64,000 nt of DNA from Octopus vulgaris (GCA_951406725.2 OX597816.1:11780001-11844000), one strand, 5' to 3'; shown: positions 25,641-40,192, counted from the first letter of the stretch. The notes: generated by a model not told the origin, from the letters alone. Made by a program: numbers and translations.

Positions 25641-27094
25641 AACAGAGACAAAGAAAGAGAGATGAAAGAGAGAAAGAGATGGAGGGAGTCATTTCTGGTA
25701 TGTAACTCTTCCTGTACTGGGCATTTAAGGAAGAAAGTCAAAGTTTATTTTGATGGGATTTGAACTCGAAACATGACAGAGAGCTGGGACAAATACTGCA
25801 AGGCATTCAATGCAATGCTTCAATAATTCTATTGCTTTGCCATTTATGTCAACCAACACATCCTGTTAAATTCCACAGTTTTCTTACCTCTGTACTTTCT
25901 AACGAACATATCAAAATAATATTTACCAATAAGAATGAGTAAATGCCACAGTTACCGACTTATCAAACAATTGCTAATGTCTAACCATACTTTTTTTTTT
26001 TTTTTTACTACTACGACAGTAACCACAAGAAAACTATAGAAATATAATAAGAAACGCTGAAGTATTTGTTGGCGCCATACGTATAATATCTGTGCAACAA
26101 AAGCTACATCAATATGAGAAATACTGATAGCAACAATAACGGTATTGCAATGGCAGTAAGAAGAATAATCATGCGAAAAGATAACAAAATAAAAGTTGTC
26201 CTAGAATAGATGATAAAAGGAAATATGGTTTTCTTAATGAAAGACCTAAGGCAAAACATCTAAATATATGTCAATTAGATAGTTACTTCTGGAACTTGTT
26301 AGCTTTTATGTTTGTGAAAGAGATCTGAGGAATCCCGTGTATACGGTAACAGCTTTGAAAAATGTGGAATGCGCCTTGCACAAGAAAGTCTATGTTTGAT
26401 TGCATCCTTTCCTGCAATGGTTTTGAACAGAAATGTATTCTGCGATAAATAAAGAAATGGAAAGAAAAGAAATTCTTCAAAACGATGATGAGAATTTTCT
26501 TTTGTAGTTGGAAATAGAAGAAGAATATTTTCAGTTTGGTCTGCTCCAATGTTTAAGTTATCTGTTGTCAGATGTGTGTAGTAATGTGTCATGGAAGAAG
26601 AACGAAAGAGTTAAAATATAATAAAACAATAAAACTAACACACAGAAATAATATATAAACGAAAGAGTTAGTTTACCATGAGAACTATATAAAAAAAAAT
26701 ATATATATATATATAACTCGTTAGAAAGTTCTTCAAATGTTTGGCATGATCAAATATGTAGAAGAGGAAATGTAAGAAAATGTTTAGCTAAGAAGCATTC
26801 CACCGTTTGAAGAACCAGTTTGATATTAATAGTAAAATTGTGTCCTTTTAGAAGAAAATAATGATATTAAATGAAAGAATATAGTCATGGAAGGTTAATA
26901 GTTGATTGCTTAAATTATTTAATATAACAGCTTGGCAAATCGATACAGTGTCATATAAATGCCTGCCGGGTCAACTCTTTGTAACCGGTTATCCAGTTAC
27001 CGATTTTGTGCACTGCACTTAGAGCCAAGATACCTAACTAGTTGTAATATACATACAGACAGACTTACTTACGTTCATATGTTTACATATATAC

Positions 27095-27150
<56 letters not shown>

Positions 27151-27163
27151 GCTTGTGCATGCT

Positions 27164-27194
<31 letters not shown>

Positions 27195-27519
27195 GTATGT
27201 ATATCTCTCTATCTATCTCTCCCCCTCTCTCCCTTTCTTTCTATCTCTCTCTATATAAGAGAGAGTGAGAGAGGGAGAGAGTGTGTAAGACAGAGAGAGA
27301 AAGAGAGAAGTTCAAGCCGGTCACTTTGTTTGTGACCAGTGTGAACTCTCCTAAGAACTTAAATGAAACTCAAACAAAAATGTGTGTGTATGTGTGTGTG
27401 TGTATGTGTATGCATATATGTGTGCATGTGTGTGTATCTATCTGTCTACTCATCCATCCATCCATCTATATATATATATAAAACAAAAGAGGGGGGTGTT
27501 TCCAAATATATATATCCAC

Positions 27520-27548
27520 ATACATACATACATACATACATGCATACA

Positions 27549-27581
<33 letters not shown>

Positions 27582-27803
27582 GCATACATACATACATACA
27601 TACATACATACATGCATGCATACATACATACATACATACATACATGCATGCATGCATACATACATACATACATGCATACATACATACATATACATACATA
27701 CATACATGCATACATACATACATATACATACATACATACATGCATACATACATACATATACATACATACATACATACATGCATACATATATGCATACATA
27801 TAT
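27520..27803. repeat. (TACA)n microsatellite
   Basis: Direct inspection. Confidence 0.95.
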
Positions 27804-27979
27804 ACGAGGGGGAAGCAAGATGATTAAATTATATAACTGCATCCTGATGGGGAAATTATGTAACTATCAAGTGTTTCGGTAGTTTCCATTCCTGGTTTCT
27901 AATCTTCCTATAAACCCAGAACCAAAATCTTACTTTAACAGATGAATATTCTCTGAGGCTGAGAGATGCCTCATATATA

Positions 27980-28135
27980 CGTACAAAGAGCAGCTGAAAA
28001 GTTCTTGGCTTCGGCTTGAAGAAAATTCAAGTGGATCAGTTGTTAATTATGATTCTATTCAACATATTCCTCTCCCAGATTCACACACTTAATGCAGCAG
28101 TCCTTCAGTTTTTCTAAGCCATGTAAAACAACTCA
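27980..28135 (-). pseudogene. Mariner transposase C-terminus and degenerate right TIR
   Basis: Minus strand reads LHGLEKLKDCCIKCVNLGEEYVE*, the mariner 'G..KL..RW.KCV...G.YVE' motif. Confidence 0.7.
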
Positions 28136-28384
28136 GAAGGCTTGAAAGCAAGTTGTAATGATAGAACTGATTCTCTAGAACACTAGAAGACTAGTATTGA
28201 TAAAAACCAATAATTTAGTAAACCACAAGCAGTTGAGGAATGATGATATTTGAGAGAATGAAGAAATATAGAACGGTTATGAAGAAATAGCCTTTCATAG
28301 GGACATGAGTTTGAATATGCCATTCGCTGATGTTTTCTGTTGTTGGTAAACACTTCTGCTTAGACAATATGCGTTTGGTATACA

Positions 28385-28980
28385 GGATGGTGAGCTGGAA
28401 GAAATGTTAGCACGCTGGGCGAAATGCTTAGCGGTATTTCGTCTGCCGCTATGTTCTGAGTTCAAATTCCGCCGAGGTTGATTTTGCATTTCATCTTTCG
28501 AGGTTGATAAATTAAGTACCAGTTGCATACTGGGATCAATGTAATTGACTTAATCTCTTTGTCTGTCTTTGTTTCCCTTTATGTTTAGCCTCCTGTGAGC
28601 AGTAAAGAAATAAGAAACGTTAGCATGCCAGGTGAAATGCTTAGCGCTATGTTTCGAGTTCAAATTCTGCCGAGGTCGACTTTGCCTTTCATCCTTTCGG
28701 AGTCGATAAATTAAGTACCAGTTATGCACTGGGGTCTATATTTTCTACTTAATCCGTTTGTCTGTCCTTGTTTGTCCCCTCTGTGTGTAGCCCCTTGTGG
28801 GTAGTAAAGAAATAGGTATTTTGTCTGTCTTTACATTCTGAGTTCAAAATCTGCCAAGGTCAAATTTTCCTTTCATCCTTTCAGGATCGATAAATTAAGT
28901 ACCAGTTGCATACTGGGGTCGGTCTAATCGACTGGCCACCCTCACCAAAAATTTTGGGCTTTGTGCCTAGAGTAGAAAAG
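28385..28980 (+). mobile_element. Tandem trimer of SINE family M
   Basis: One full unit followed by two 5'-shortened units, head to tail. Confidence 0.8.
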
Positions 28981-30405
28981 GTTATGTGTTTGTTGTACAC
29001 ATGCATCACAAGACTTAGAGGACTTTCACCATTACCATCCGTTAATGCCTGGTTTTCCATGCAGGTATGGGTTAGATGGAATTTGTTGAGACAATCAGTC
29101 TACGGCTGGAACAGTCTCTACCTGCTGCCAATCATTACCTGTTTCCAAGAAAGGCAATAATATATTTCCCACAGAAGAATAGAAATGAACAACATCGCTT
29201 GAATGGCAGTGACACCTGCTTACAACCATCACATGATGTCAAGATACAGGTAAACATAGACGCACACACATATGCACGCACACATACATGCACACATACA
29301 TGCACGCACACACACACAAATTTATCTTTTATCTTTTACTTGTTTTAGTCATCAAATTGCGACCATACTGGAGCACAACCCTTCAGAATTTTTTGCCTAT
29401 TGAATCGACTAAAAGACACTCTCTCATACACACATGCAGACTTACACACACACACACACACTGTTGTGATGAGAGTTACGACACCCCCTTGTGAGAGATA
29501 GACTGGTCCAAATAAAATATAAATAGTAACGATCCAAATCATGAGTATGCTGAAGACAATACTTAGTGGCATTCCTTCTGGATTTACATTCCCAGTTCAA
29601 ATTTCATCGGCTTGACTTTACCTTTCATCCTTTTCAATTTGATCAAATAAATACATGTTGAGCAACTGCGGTTGATGTACTCAGCTAGCCATTTCCTCCA
29701 AAATTTCAGGTTCTGTGCTTATAGGTGAAAGTATTATTTACAGTAAAATAAATTAGTTAAAATAAAAATAAAAATAATTCATAGGCTATCATGTGTTTGC
29801 AAAGCAGTTTTTCATATATGGACACTACGAAACAGACGAGAAAAGTCAGCTTTCAACACCATATCTCAGAATATTTCCTGAAGAAGATTTCCTGACACCA
29901 AAATATTGAAACTCAACGCAACAGTATTAAATATCGACTTGTATTATTTCTAATAACTTACATTGCTTCAGCTTTAAAACCTCAACATGTTAAACTATTA
30001 ATCCCTAGAAAATTTTTTCTTTCTCTGTAATTTTTTTCCCTCTCTGTAGTTTTTTCCTCCCATTCCTTTCTCGAAGAAGAGCGTAGGTTTGAAACGTCAA
30101 AGATGTTTTCCCTTCTTCCTGGGTGTCAAACTAACACACCTGCTTGTTGTTCTGTCATCTGTTTTCATATTTTGTTTACTGTAAATTTGAATTACGTGTC
30201 TGTATGAGTGTGTGTGTATGGGGGGGATTTTCATGGTGTTAACGAGTTTCCTTTGCAAGCATATACATACATACACACACATATATGCATGTATATATAT
30301 ATGTATGTATGTATGTGTGAATTCAGAAATAAACAGATACCTTATAAGTAGAATACACACAAATATATATATATATATATTTCTGTGTAAATGTGTGAAT
30401 ATATG

Positions 30406-30440
<35 letters not shown>

Positions 30441-31338
30441 AAATTTTGTGTGACACGTCTTCTCATTGTTTTCGTATTGTTTACATATGCATTGAAATCA
30501 TAGGCATCCTTTGAGGTGCTCCATGTTTGGAAGGGCAGTAGCAAACAGCACCTTACCTAGCGCCAAGTGGGAGCTGGTAGTAGGAAGGGGATCTGGCCAG
30601 CAAACATTTGCTTAAACATGGCTCCCCTAACCCATGGCAACATGGGGAAAAAAAGATACACTAAAATGGCAAAAGCAAAGGTATTTTGATGACAACGACG
30701 ACGATGATGACGATGACGATGGTGATGATGTTTATGGTGGTGATGATGATGATTATGATGTATTCTTGTAATAAATATATGAGTTGATAGAAAAGGGAGA
30801 GAAACAGATACTGTAGCAGAGAAAGCATAAAATCTTTCAAAAGGTTATGTGCAAACTGTTCGGTAGGAGGGACTTTTTCTATTTTTTGTATAAGTTTACA
30901 AGTATTAGAAAAGAGAAACTAGAAAGAACGAAAGAAAAAAAGAAAGAAAGAAAGAATGCGATGTAAATTATTAGACAGAGATGATGAGGTGGATTAAATA
31001 TGTATTAAAATTGAGAAACAAGATGAGAAAAATAATAAAATTCTATAAAATGAAACACAATAAATATAATGATATAAAATAAATGAAGAACAAAAACGAA
31101 AATTCCTAAACATTGAATATGAGTTAATTTGGAATCTAGAGGTGTGAATAAGATATTTTGGAAAATCTGCTGGAATGAATATGAAATTAATTTTATCATA
31201 GTATTAGTTGAAATTCTGTCAGATTCATAAGAGATAATATAACACTAATTAATGATACAGAAAATTTCCACATATATTGATTTGGATAAAAGGAATAAAA
31301 AAAGAATGAGATGTTATGGCTTTGGAATGGTAGCACCT

Positions 31339-31376
<38 letters not shown>

Positions 31377-33399
31377 AAGAAAGAGAGATGCAGTAGAGTA
31401 ATTGTTAGGGTCTTAATCCTGTGTTACACAGGTCAGAAATTTGAAGTCAACTACAGGGCATATATCAGAATGTATTGTTGTAGATTTAATTATCCTTGCC
31501 TTATCTATTTGATTATGCTAATCTAGTTGCATAATAGGATTTTGGAAAGCGTAAAATTATTTACAGAGAACGAGCTAAAATCGTTGTAAGGCAGAACGGT
31601 AACTCTTCAGCACAAATACGATTCCTATTCTCTGAGTGAACTTCTAACAGGAAATAACAGACTAGTTTGAGCTGACAAGTGAACCACCAGACGATTTATT
31701 GACTTGCTAGAATTTGCATCCAAACCTCTATCGAATTCCATCTCGGGTATTATAGAATAAAGACACATGAATAGTTCTGTACGCCCTGAAATTAAAGACA
31801 GGATTCTCTGAACTTGAACTCTGTCGAGCATTGGTTTGTTTAATGTCTTTAGGTTTTGCTCACAAATCTTGCACAAAGTTGTTGCTCAAAGGTCTAGAGT
31901 GAAAAAATTTTGGCAAGTGAGAATCATGATGATGATCCTCATCATTTAACGTCTGTTTTCCATGCTGGCATGGGTTGGACGGTTTGACTGCGAAGCTAGG
32001 AGGCTGCACCAGGCCCCAATCTTATCTGGTAGAGTTTCTCCGGCTGGATGCCCTTCCTAATGCCAACCACTCCATGAGTGTAGTGGGTACTTTTTTAGTG
32101 CCACTGGCATAGGGGCCAGAGGAGCTGGCATTGACCATGATTGGATGGTGCTTTTTACGTGCCACCGGCAGAGAAGACAGTCAAAGCAGTACTGAATCCT
32201 GGGGCTGGTTACTCGGTTTCCATTATGCTTGAATGAGACATCGGTCCATGATAGGTTTCTCCCCATTTGCAGTTGAAAGCACTGGAGCAACGTGAAAGGA
32301 AATGTTTGGCTCAAAAATGCACCACCCAGCCCAGGAATTGAAACCACAATCTTGTGGTTGTGAATGCAACAATGTAACCACTAAGACAAGCATATCTGCT
32401 TAAAGGCTATGGTTATCTAAATGTCAGCAGTGTTCTTTTCTACTGTAGGCTCAAGGTCCAAAATTTTTGGCGAGGGGGGCTAGTCGATTAGATCAACCCC
32501 AGTATGCAACTAGTACTTAATTTATTGATCCTGAAAGTATGAAAGGCAAAGTAGACCTTGGCGGAATTTGAACTCAGAACGTAAAGACAGACGAAATCCT
32601 GCTAAATATTTTGCCCGGCGTGCTGACGTTTCTGCCAGCTTACAGGGCCTTCCAGATGTCAGCAGTATTGTAAAGGCCCTTGTTTTATCAAAGCGATCAA
32701 TAGCTAGATGACTTCTAATGGTTTTAAAACTTAGAGCAGTTATGAACTGAGATCAAATCTAACAAGAATTAATTCTCTTCTCTTACTAATCTCAGACACC
32801 TTCGTAAACCTCTCAAAACCTTCATATGTATCAATTTTTCTTTAATTCTTAAAGACCTAACGACCAACCTACTTGGCATTGTTAGTTCCCATTTAGTTTT
32901 ACAATGTAATATAAATTAACGTTTCTTGCTTGTTCAAAATCGTAAAGCTTTTAGCAGAATTTAATGCTTATTCTAAATATCCAGTATCTTATCCACATGC
33001 ATATTGCACTTTACTGGGAATCCCTAAACATAACGATAACCGCCATTAATATCCCATTACAACGCAAGAAAGCAGCCAGCAGAAGGCATTTCATTTCTCT
33101 CTTTGAGTCTAACAAATCTATACATGTGCAATATATATGTATATATGTATTATAAATAGATATGCATAGAGTTGGATATGTGTGTATAGTGTTATATGCC
33201 ACGCAGTTGCAGATATAAGGTAGTTGCATAAGTATATTGTGGTGTATGCATATAATTGTATACGTATAACTGTATGCATACGTAGTTTTGTATGCAAATC
33301 TATATATGTGCATATTTCTGTATATACATATAACTGTATATATATATATATAGTTTTATATGCAATGTATTCGTATACGCATGTAGTTGTGTAATATAG

Positions 33400-33560
33400 T
33401 TGTACATCCATATAGCAGTATGTACACATTTTTACACGTGTTTATAAGTGTGTATATATATGTATATATATATGTATATATATGGTTGTATAGGTACATA
33501 TATATATATGGTTGTATATGCACATATATATATATGGTTATATATGTACATATATATATA

Positions 33561-33591
<31 letters not shown>

Positions 33592-33657
33592 AATATATGA
33601 TTATATATGTACATATATATATATGTACATATATATATATACATATATATATATATA

Positions 33658-33725
<68 letters not shown>

Positions 33726-33780
33726 TATGATTACATATATATATATATATATTATATATATACATATATATATATATATG

Positions 33781-33845
<65 letters not shown>
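33400..33845. repeat. Compound (TA)n microsatellite
   Basis: Direct inspection. Confidence 0.95.
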
Positions 33846-34365
33846 TTGTATACGTACATAGGTGTATATACAAATCGATACACATGCATGAATTTGTATC
33901 CGTAATCTCGTAGGTTATGTTCTAAGGGATATCTCAGTTAGCAAATAAAACGCTATCCTTAATGTTCTGTTAGCCATTATAGGTTATAATACGAAGATAT
34001 ATGCGTATATATATTCCCCAAGATAAATATATTTGTATAATGTTTCGTAGAGCTTCACCTAGACCGAGATTAATTATGGTAATGGGGATTTGTTGAAGTC
34101 AGTCGACAAAGTTAACCAAGATATATTATAAACGTTTTGAATTTTCTCTTTCTCGGGTTACGTTTCTGAATATCATCACGATAAAAATGCCACTTCTGTA
34201 ATCCCTATCACATTTAATTTAAAGGAAATGAACAGGAAAACTTTTTGGAACGTTTGAAAAATTCGTGAATTCTAACATCGCAAAGATAGACTTCTTTTAA
34301 AGGATAAAGACTCGCTTTCACACAGATACACAGTCGCACAAGTATATTTAAACTTACATACATGG

Positions 34366-34912
34366 CAAGTGAAATCAAAATCAAAGTGAAATTCGATGAC
34401 GGGCACGAGCACCATACGAGCGTGATCGTTGACAGAGCAGCTAACCGGCTTCCGTGCCAGTGGCACATAAAAGGCACCATTCGAGTGTGATCATTACCAG
34501 CGTCACTTTACTGGCACTTGTGCCCTGCGCTAGTAAGGTGCTTAGAGCACCATCCTAGCATGATCGTTGCCAGAGCGGCTGACTGGCTTCCTGCCAGTGA
34601 CATGTAGGAGGCACCATTTGAGCGAGATCATTACCAGCATCGCCTTACTGGCACCTGTGCCGTTGGCATGTGTAAAAAGATTCGAGCAAGGTTGATGCCT
34701 GTACCGCCTGACTGGCCCCTGTGCCGGTGGCACATAAAAAGCATCCACTACACTCTCGGAGAGGTTGGAGTTAGGACGGGCATCCAGCTGTAGAAACACT
34801 GCCAGATCAGACTGGAGCCTGGTGCAGCCATCTGGTTCGCCAGCCCTCAGTCAAACCGTCCAACCCATGCTAGCATGGAAAATGGACGTTAAACGATGAT
34901 GATTATGATGAT
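34366..34912 (+). mobile_element. SINE family R copy flanked by 141-bp direct repeats
   Basis: Internal subrepeats of about 65-120 bp and a (GAT)n tail. Flanks are 34225-34365 and 34913-35053. Confidence 0.8.
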
Positions 34913-35232
34913 GAAATGAACAGGAAAACTTTTCAGAACGTTTGAAAAATTCATGAATTCAAACATTGCAAAGATAGACATCTTTTAAAAGATAAAGACT
35001 CACTTTCACACACATACACAGTTGCGCAAGTATATTTAAACTTACATACATGGATATACACTCTAAAACTACAGAACGGATGTGATAAGCTTTCAATTTT
35101 ATTCACGCACATAAAGTACGATGTAAAAGGAAAGACAGTATCTTCTGATGAGAAGCAATCACTTTTTTTCGAGAATTGACCTGCATACTATTTAGCTTCC
35201 ACTATTATATGTGTGTGTGTTTGTGTGTGTGT

Positions 35233-35267
<35 letters not shown>

Positions 35268-37587
35268 TATTTAACATCCGTTTTCCATCTAGCATGGGTT
35301 GGACAGTTCGACCGGGGTCTGGGAATCCAGGAGGCTGCACCACGCTCCAGTCTGATCTGGCAGTGTTTCTCCAGCTGGATTCCCTGCCTAACGCCAACCA
35401 CTCCGTGAGTGTAGTGGGTGCTTTTTTTAGTGCCACTGGCACAGGGGCAAGAGGGGGCTGGCATCAATCACGATCAGATGGTGCTTTTTATGTGCCACCG
35501 GCTTGGGGCCACAATTACAATTTCCATTTGATTTGATTTTACTTTACTTGACTCAATAGGTCTCCTCAAGCATGGCATGTCGCCCTACGATCCATGGAAC
35601 GTTTGAGTGGGCTGGTTATGCGACACCAGTGGTTACAGCAGTGAACTCACTTTACTTGCCGCATCTTCTCAGTCACAGCATACCTCCATAGGTCTCAGTC
35701 TCTTGTCATTGCCTAGAGAGAGGGAGAGAGAGAGAGAGGGGGGAGACTGAAAGTCATAGCACCAATTGACTGTTTTCAGTTCTAAACCTAAAACAGATGA
35801 TACTAAATATCAGTTTCTTAATATATATTTCTTTATTGCCCATAAGGGGCTAAACACAGAGGGGACAAACAAAGACAGACTAACAGATTAAGTCGATTAC
35901 ATCGACCCCCAGTGCGTAACTGGTACTTAATTTATCGACCCCGAAAGGATGAAAGGCAAAGTTGACCTCGGTGGAATTTGAACTCAGAACGTAACGGCAG
36001 ACGAAAGACGGCTACGCATTTTTTAATATAGACTGATGATGGTAGTTGTTAATGGTAAACAGCAAAACTACCTATCGTAATTATGCAGCCAAAGATTTCT
36101 GATGTCAGTTTGTAACAGGTGTGCTAGCCTAAAAGAAAAAATTAATTTTCATACCAAAAACTGCTGCCAGAACATTCAAGAACTTTCTAAGGAGAGTATA
36201 AAAAAGAACCAGAGATTCAACTCTGCTGGGGATGATGCAATGAATGGCTTATTTCAGCTGGAAGCTACGAGTCTTTTCAGTCTTAAGTTTTTTGAGACAA
36301 TTTCCATTCCTCATCTTTACTAGAAAACTATTCCAATTATCACAGACGATTGTTTTCCATTCTTCTTTTTGCAATTATTTCTTGGTTCCTTTATTTGTCA
36401 ATAGAGATCCCGTGGTCGACCAGACTATCGGATGTTGCTGTGCATCGCTGATCATAATGCATCGTTTTAGCTTTCAAATGATGCCACCTCACTGGTCAGG
36501 TGAGAATGCTGTTCTTAACAGGATCGACCATTTATAACTGAATGGAATGGTGCAATGTGAAATGAACTGTTTTGTTCAAGAACACAACATGCAGCCAGTC
36601 TGAGAATTGAAACTGTAATCCTACAATCATGAGTCCAACATAACTAATTTTCATATATTTGTCAGAAGTAAATATTTATTTCTTTATTACCCACAGGGGG
36701 CTAAACATAGATGGGACAAACAAGGACAGACAAAGGTATTAAGTCAATTACATCGACCCCAGTGCATAACTGGTATATACTTGAGAATACATACATAAAG
36801 CAAAACATTCAAATCTGCACATATAAATACATACATACATAAATACATACAAAACAACAAAAATACCCGGTTATTGATGTTGAAAATCCAATGAAGGAGT
36901 CTTGAATCTAGGTAAGAAACAGGCTCTTTCTCTATTGGCAAGAAATCTTGATATAAGCTGAATAATGTCCTGCATACATACACAGGAAGTAACCTGTTCG
37001 TTAAGACCCTCACTCCTTGCAGAAAGCTGTACGACTTGGGGTCCGTAGTTATGCACAAGCTACATGGCAAATTTGTGAGTGTTAAGTGTTGGTGGCATCA
37101 AAAGATACTCAGTATATGTTGTAAAGTGGTTGGCATTAGGTAGGGCATCCAGCCATAGAAACCATCCAAGTGTTGCTAAAATATCAGTTTACCAAAATTA
37201 CAGCTGTTATATAAAGTGCTTATAAATATAACTGTCAATGCTATTGTCTCAGGTTGACTAATGCCTTGGGTTTGAATTTGGTAGATCGAAACTTTGTGAA
37301 GCAAATTGTATATATATATATATATAACTGGCCCAAACTGCAAAAATGATCTGGAACTTAACTGAGGATAGGAAGCTCCGAATGACCCATCCTTGTTTTT
37401 TCCTGTCCTTTCTTGTATCATGTAACTCTCTGGATGTTTTGTTGTCGCCTGTTATGTTATTGTTCCATTTTTTGTTTTCTTTATATATACATATACATAC
37501 ATATATATATAGGAAGTGTGTTCGAATAGTATCTGAACTTTACATATCTCTAAAGAGTCATGTTATACATGTATTAAAACAGGGGTG

Positions 37588-37655
37588 GGAATTCATACCC
37601 TTCTCCCACCTGTTCTGCCACTGCTGGTAACACCTCTGGAACATCTCTAGAATGC
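37588..37655 (-). pseudogene. Mariner transposase C-terminal scrap
   Basis: Minus strand reads ILEMFQRCYQQWQNRWEKG, the 'FQ.CFQQW..RW.KC' motif. Confidence 0.6.
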
Positions 37656-37857
37656 TATGGTACTCTGCCGTCAATTTTTTCATAATTTCTTCAAATAGGT
37701 TTGTTTGTCTAGACCCTTCATTAAGTTGAAGGGTACCTCAATACCCTTTATCAGGGTACATATTTTTCTTGTATTTGAATAGAAGCAGGTTACAGTGTTA
37801 CTGATATGTACTCTATTTACATATCTCTAAAGAGTCATGTTATACATGTATTAAAAC

Positions 37858-37930
37858 AGGGGTGGGCAATTTACTGCTCATGGGCCACATGTGGCCTGCC
37901 ACAGAGTTTTTTGTGGTCCACAGAAGCATT
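37858..37930 (+). mobile_element. hAT (Charlie-like) terminus
   Basis: CAGGGGTGGGCAA...gggccacatgtggcctgcc. Confidence 0.5.
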
Positions 37931-40003
37931 CAGCCAAAAGAGTTTTCAGTAGTGGTGAGGATCTCAACAAGCAACCTCACTCCTGATTTCAAAAGAATTG
38001 TAAATAAGTGTGACAGGTTACATTTGTCGCATTAAATTACTTGTCAGGTCGCTCTTGAGCACTGCTAATAACATGTAACCCAGTATAACCTGTCACATGT
38101 TTGGGTCATTGGCGACTAAACTGGCAACCCCATCAAGCTTGCTTGGTGAGGAGGGTGATTGTTAGACACCCTGTGGGACGAAAAGTAAGACCAGTTCAAG
38201 TGTGGAAGTGCTACTGTGTAGTCAACGGCCAATTCATCAAGTACCTTGTGCCTGTGTGCTCCATTGACCCGAGGAGCTTTGCTGGAGGAAGAGAAATCTT
38301 CAGGCAGGTCTTACCAGGCCAGACAAGTTAAAGGGTAGGAGACAGACAAAAGCTTCAATGGCAATAAATCAAAGCGTCGACAGCAGGGCGGGGATTTAGT
38401 TATCGGCAGGGGACCTAACAGATCAGATTCCTGGCTTTGAACTAGCAGGATGTCATGCAGATCTTGAATACAAGAAAATGGATGAGACCCTAATACTCCT
38501 AGTTTGATGGAAACAGTGGGACCACATGGAGCAGCACCATGTGACTGCTATAGTATGTGCAACCGAAACCCCTATGAACACACACACACAACACACACGC
38601 ACACACACATGATGGGCTTCTTTTCAGTTTCTGTCTACCAATCCTACTCACAGGGCTTTGGTTGGTTCAAGGCTATAGTGGAAGACACTTGCTCAAGGTG
38701 CTACATAGTGGGTCTGAACCTGGAACCAAGTGGTTGGGGGACAATCGTCTTACTAGACAACCACAGGGGACGTAAACACACCAGCACCAAGTGTCAAGCT
38801 ATGGTAAAGGACAAACTGACAAAAAAAACGTATACATACAATCGTATATACATATATACAACAGGCTTCTTCCGTCACCAAATTCACGCAAAAGGTTTTG
38901 GTCAGCCTAAGGCTATAGTAGAAGACACTTACCCAAAGTGCCATGCAGTGGGACTGAACCTAGAAACATGTGATAGGAAGCAGTTATGTAATTATGCTGC
39001 AACCTTCTTACCAGACAGCCACAGGGACACCAAAACTAGTTGTCAAGCAGGGTGGTGGTGGGGAGGGAACAATGATACACACACACACACACATGTGGCG
39101 ACAGCTTTGAAGGGCTTCTTTCAGGGTACAGAGTTTCCAGCTTTGTCGAACTTGAGGCTGTAGTAGAAAACACTTGCCCAAGGTACCACAGAATGGGACT
39201 GAACCTGGAACCACGTGGTTGGAAAGCAAGCTTCTTACCACACAGCCAAGTGAAGTTATTTTATCACCTGGGAGTGCACCAAATGTCTAAATAAATTTCT
39301 ATTTCGCGAAGCTGTAATCCAGTATGTCAATTGATTTTTCCATGATGTTAATAAATTAATTCTTCAAATCTTTGCAAAAGCATGCAGATGTTAAAATTAA
39401 AAAAAGAAAACTTGAATCATATTTAAAAAAAAATAATATCTTAAATTCACACCCATCTTTGAAAGAGACTGTTGCAAAGCACCTAATTCTTCATTCTGTC
39501 ATATGGTATTACCAAAATTCATTATTTATTTTTTTGATGAGTTAATTATTGCAGCAGGTATTTAATTCAAGCAGTGATATCTTAGTATGTCTCCATGAGT
39601 CTGCATATGGTATTGCATAAATTAGATGACATACAGGAACTATGAGTACAAAATAAATGTTGTAATCTACAATTAATATTTAATTCTATTTAGCCTTAAT
39701 TAATTAGAATTCCTCTGCAATCATGTGACTGAGAATGTAATATTTACGGGTGACGTACTGACGACTACAAGTCACAAAGGTCAGAATGATTTCAATCCTC
39801 CGTATACCACGCCATTGAGAATGCTCCCACGTGGTTGCTTAATTGTCTAGAAATAGCTGTTAAGCTAACCTAAAATCTCATCTTGTCATGTTGGAAACAA
39901 ACGGAGGAATTGCATAATGTAGTTGTGTGGATCTTTGGATCTTGTCAAACCGCTCAGCCGATGCCAGCATGGAAAATGGATATTAATAACGATGTTGTTT
40001 ATA

Positions 40004-40192
<189 letters not shown>

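Noticed and set aside
31625-31876. 83-aa minus-strand ORF with faint resemblance to a hAT dimerisation domain
   Set aside because: Similarity is too weak to support by eye.
35144-35175. CTGATGA-stem-GAGA (similar partial cores at 5385, 34175 and 36033)
   Set aside because: Missing GAAA and/or stems I and III. Expected by chance.
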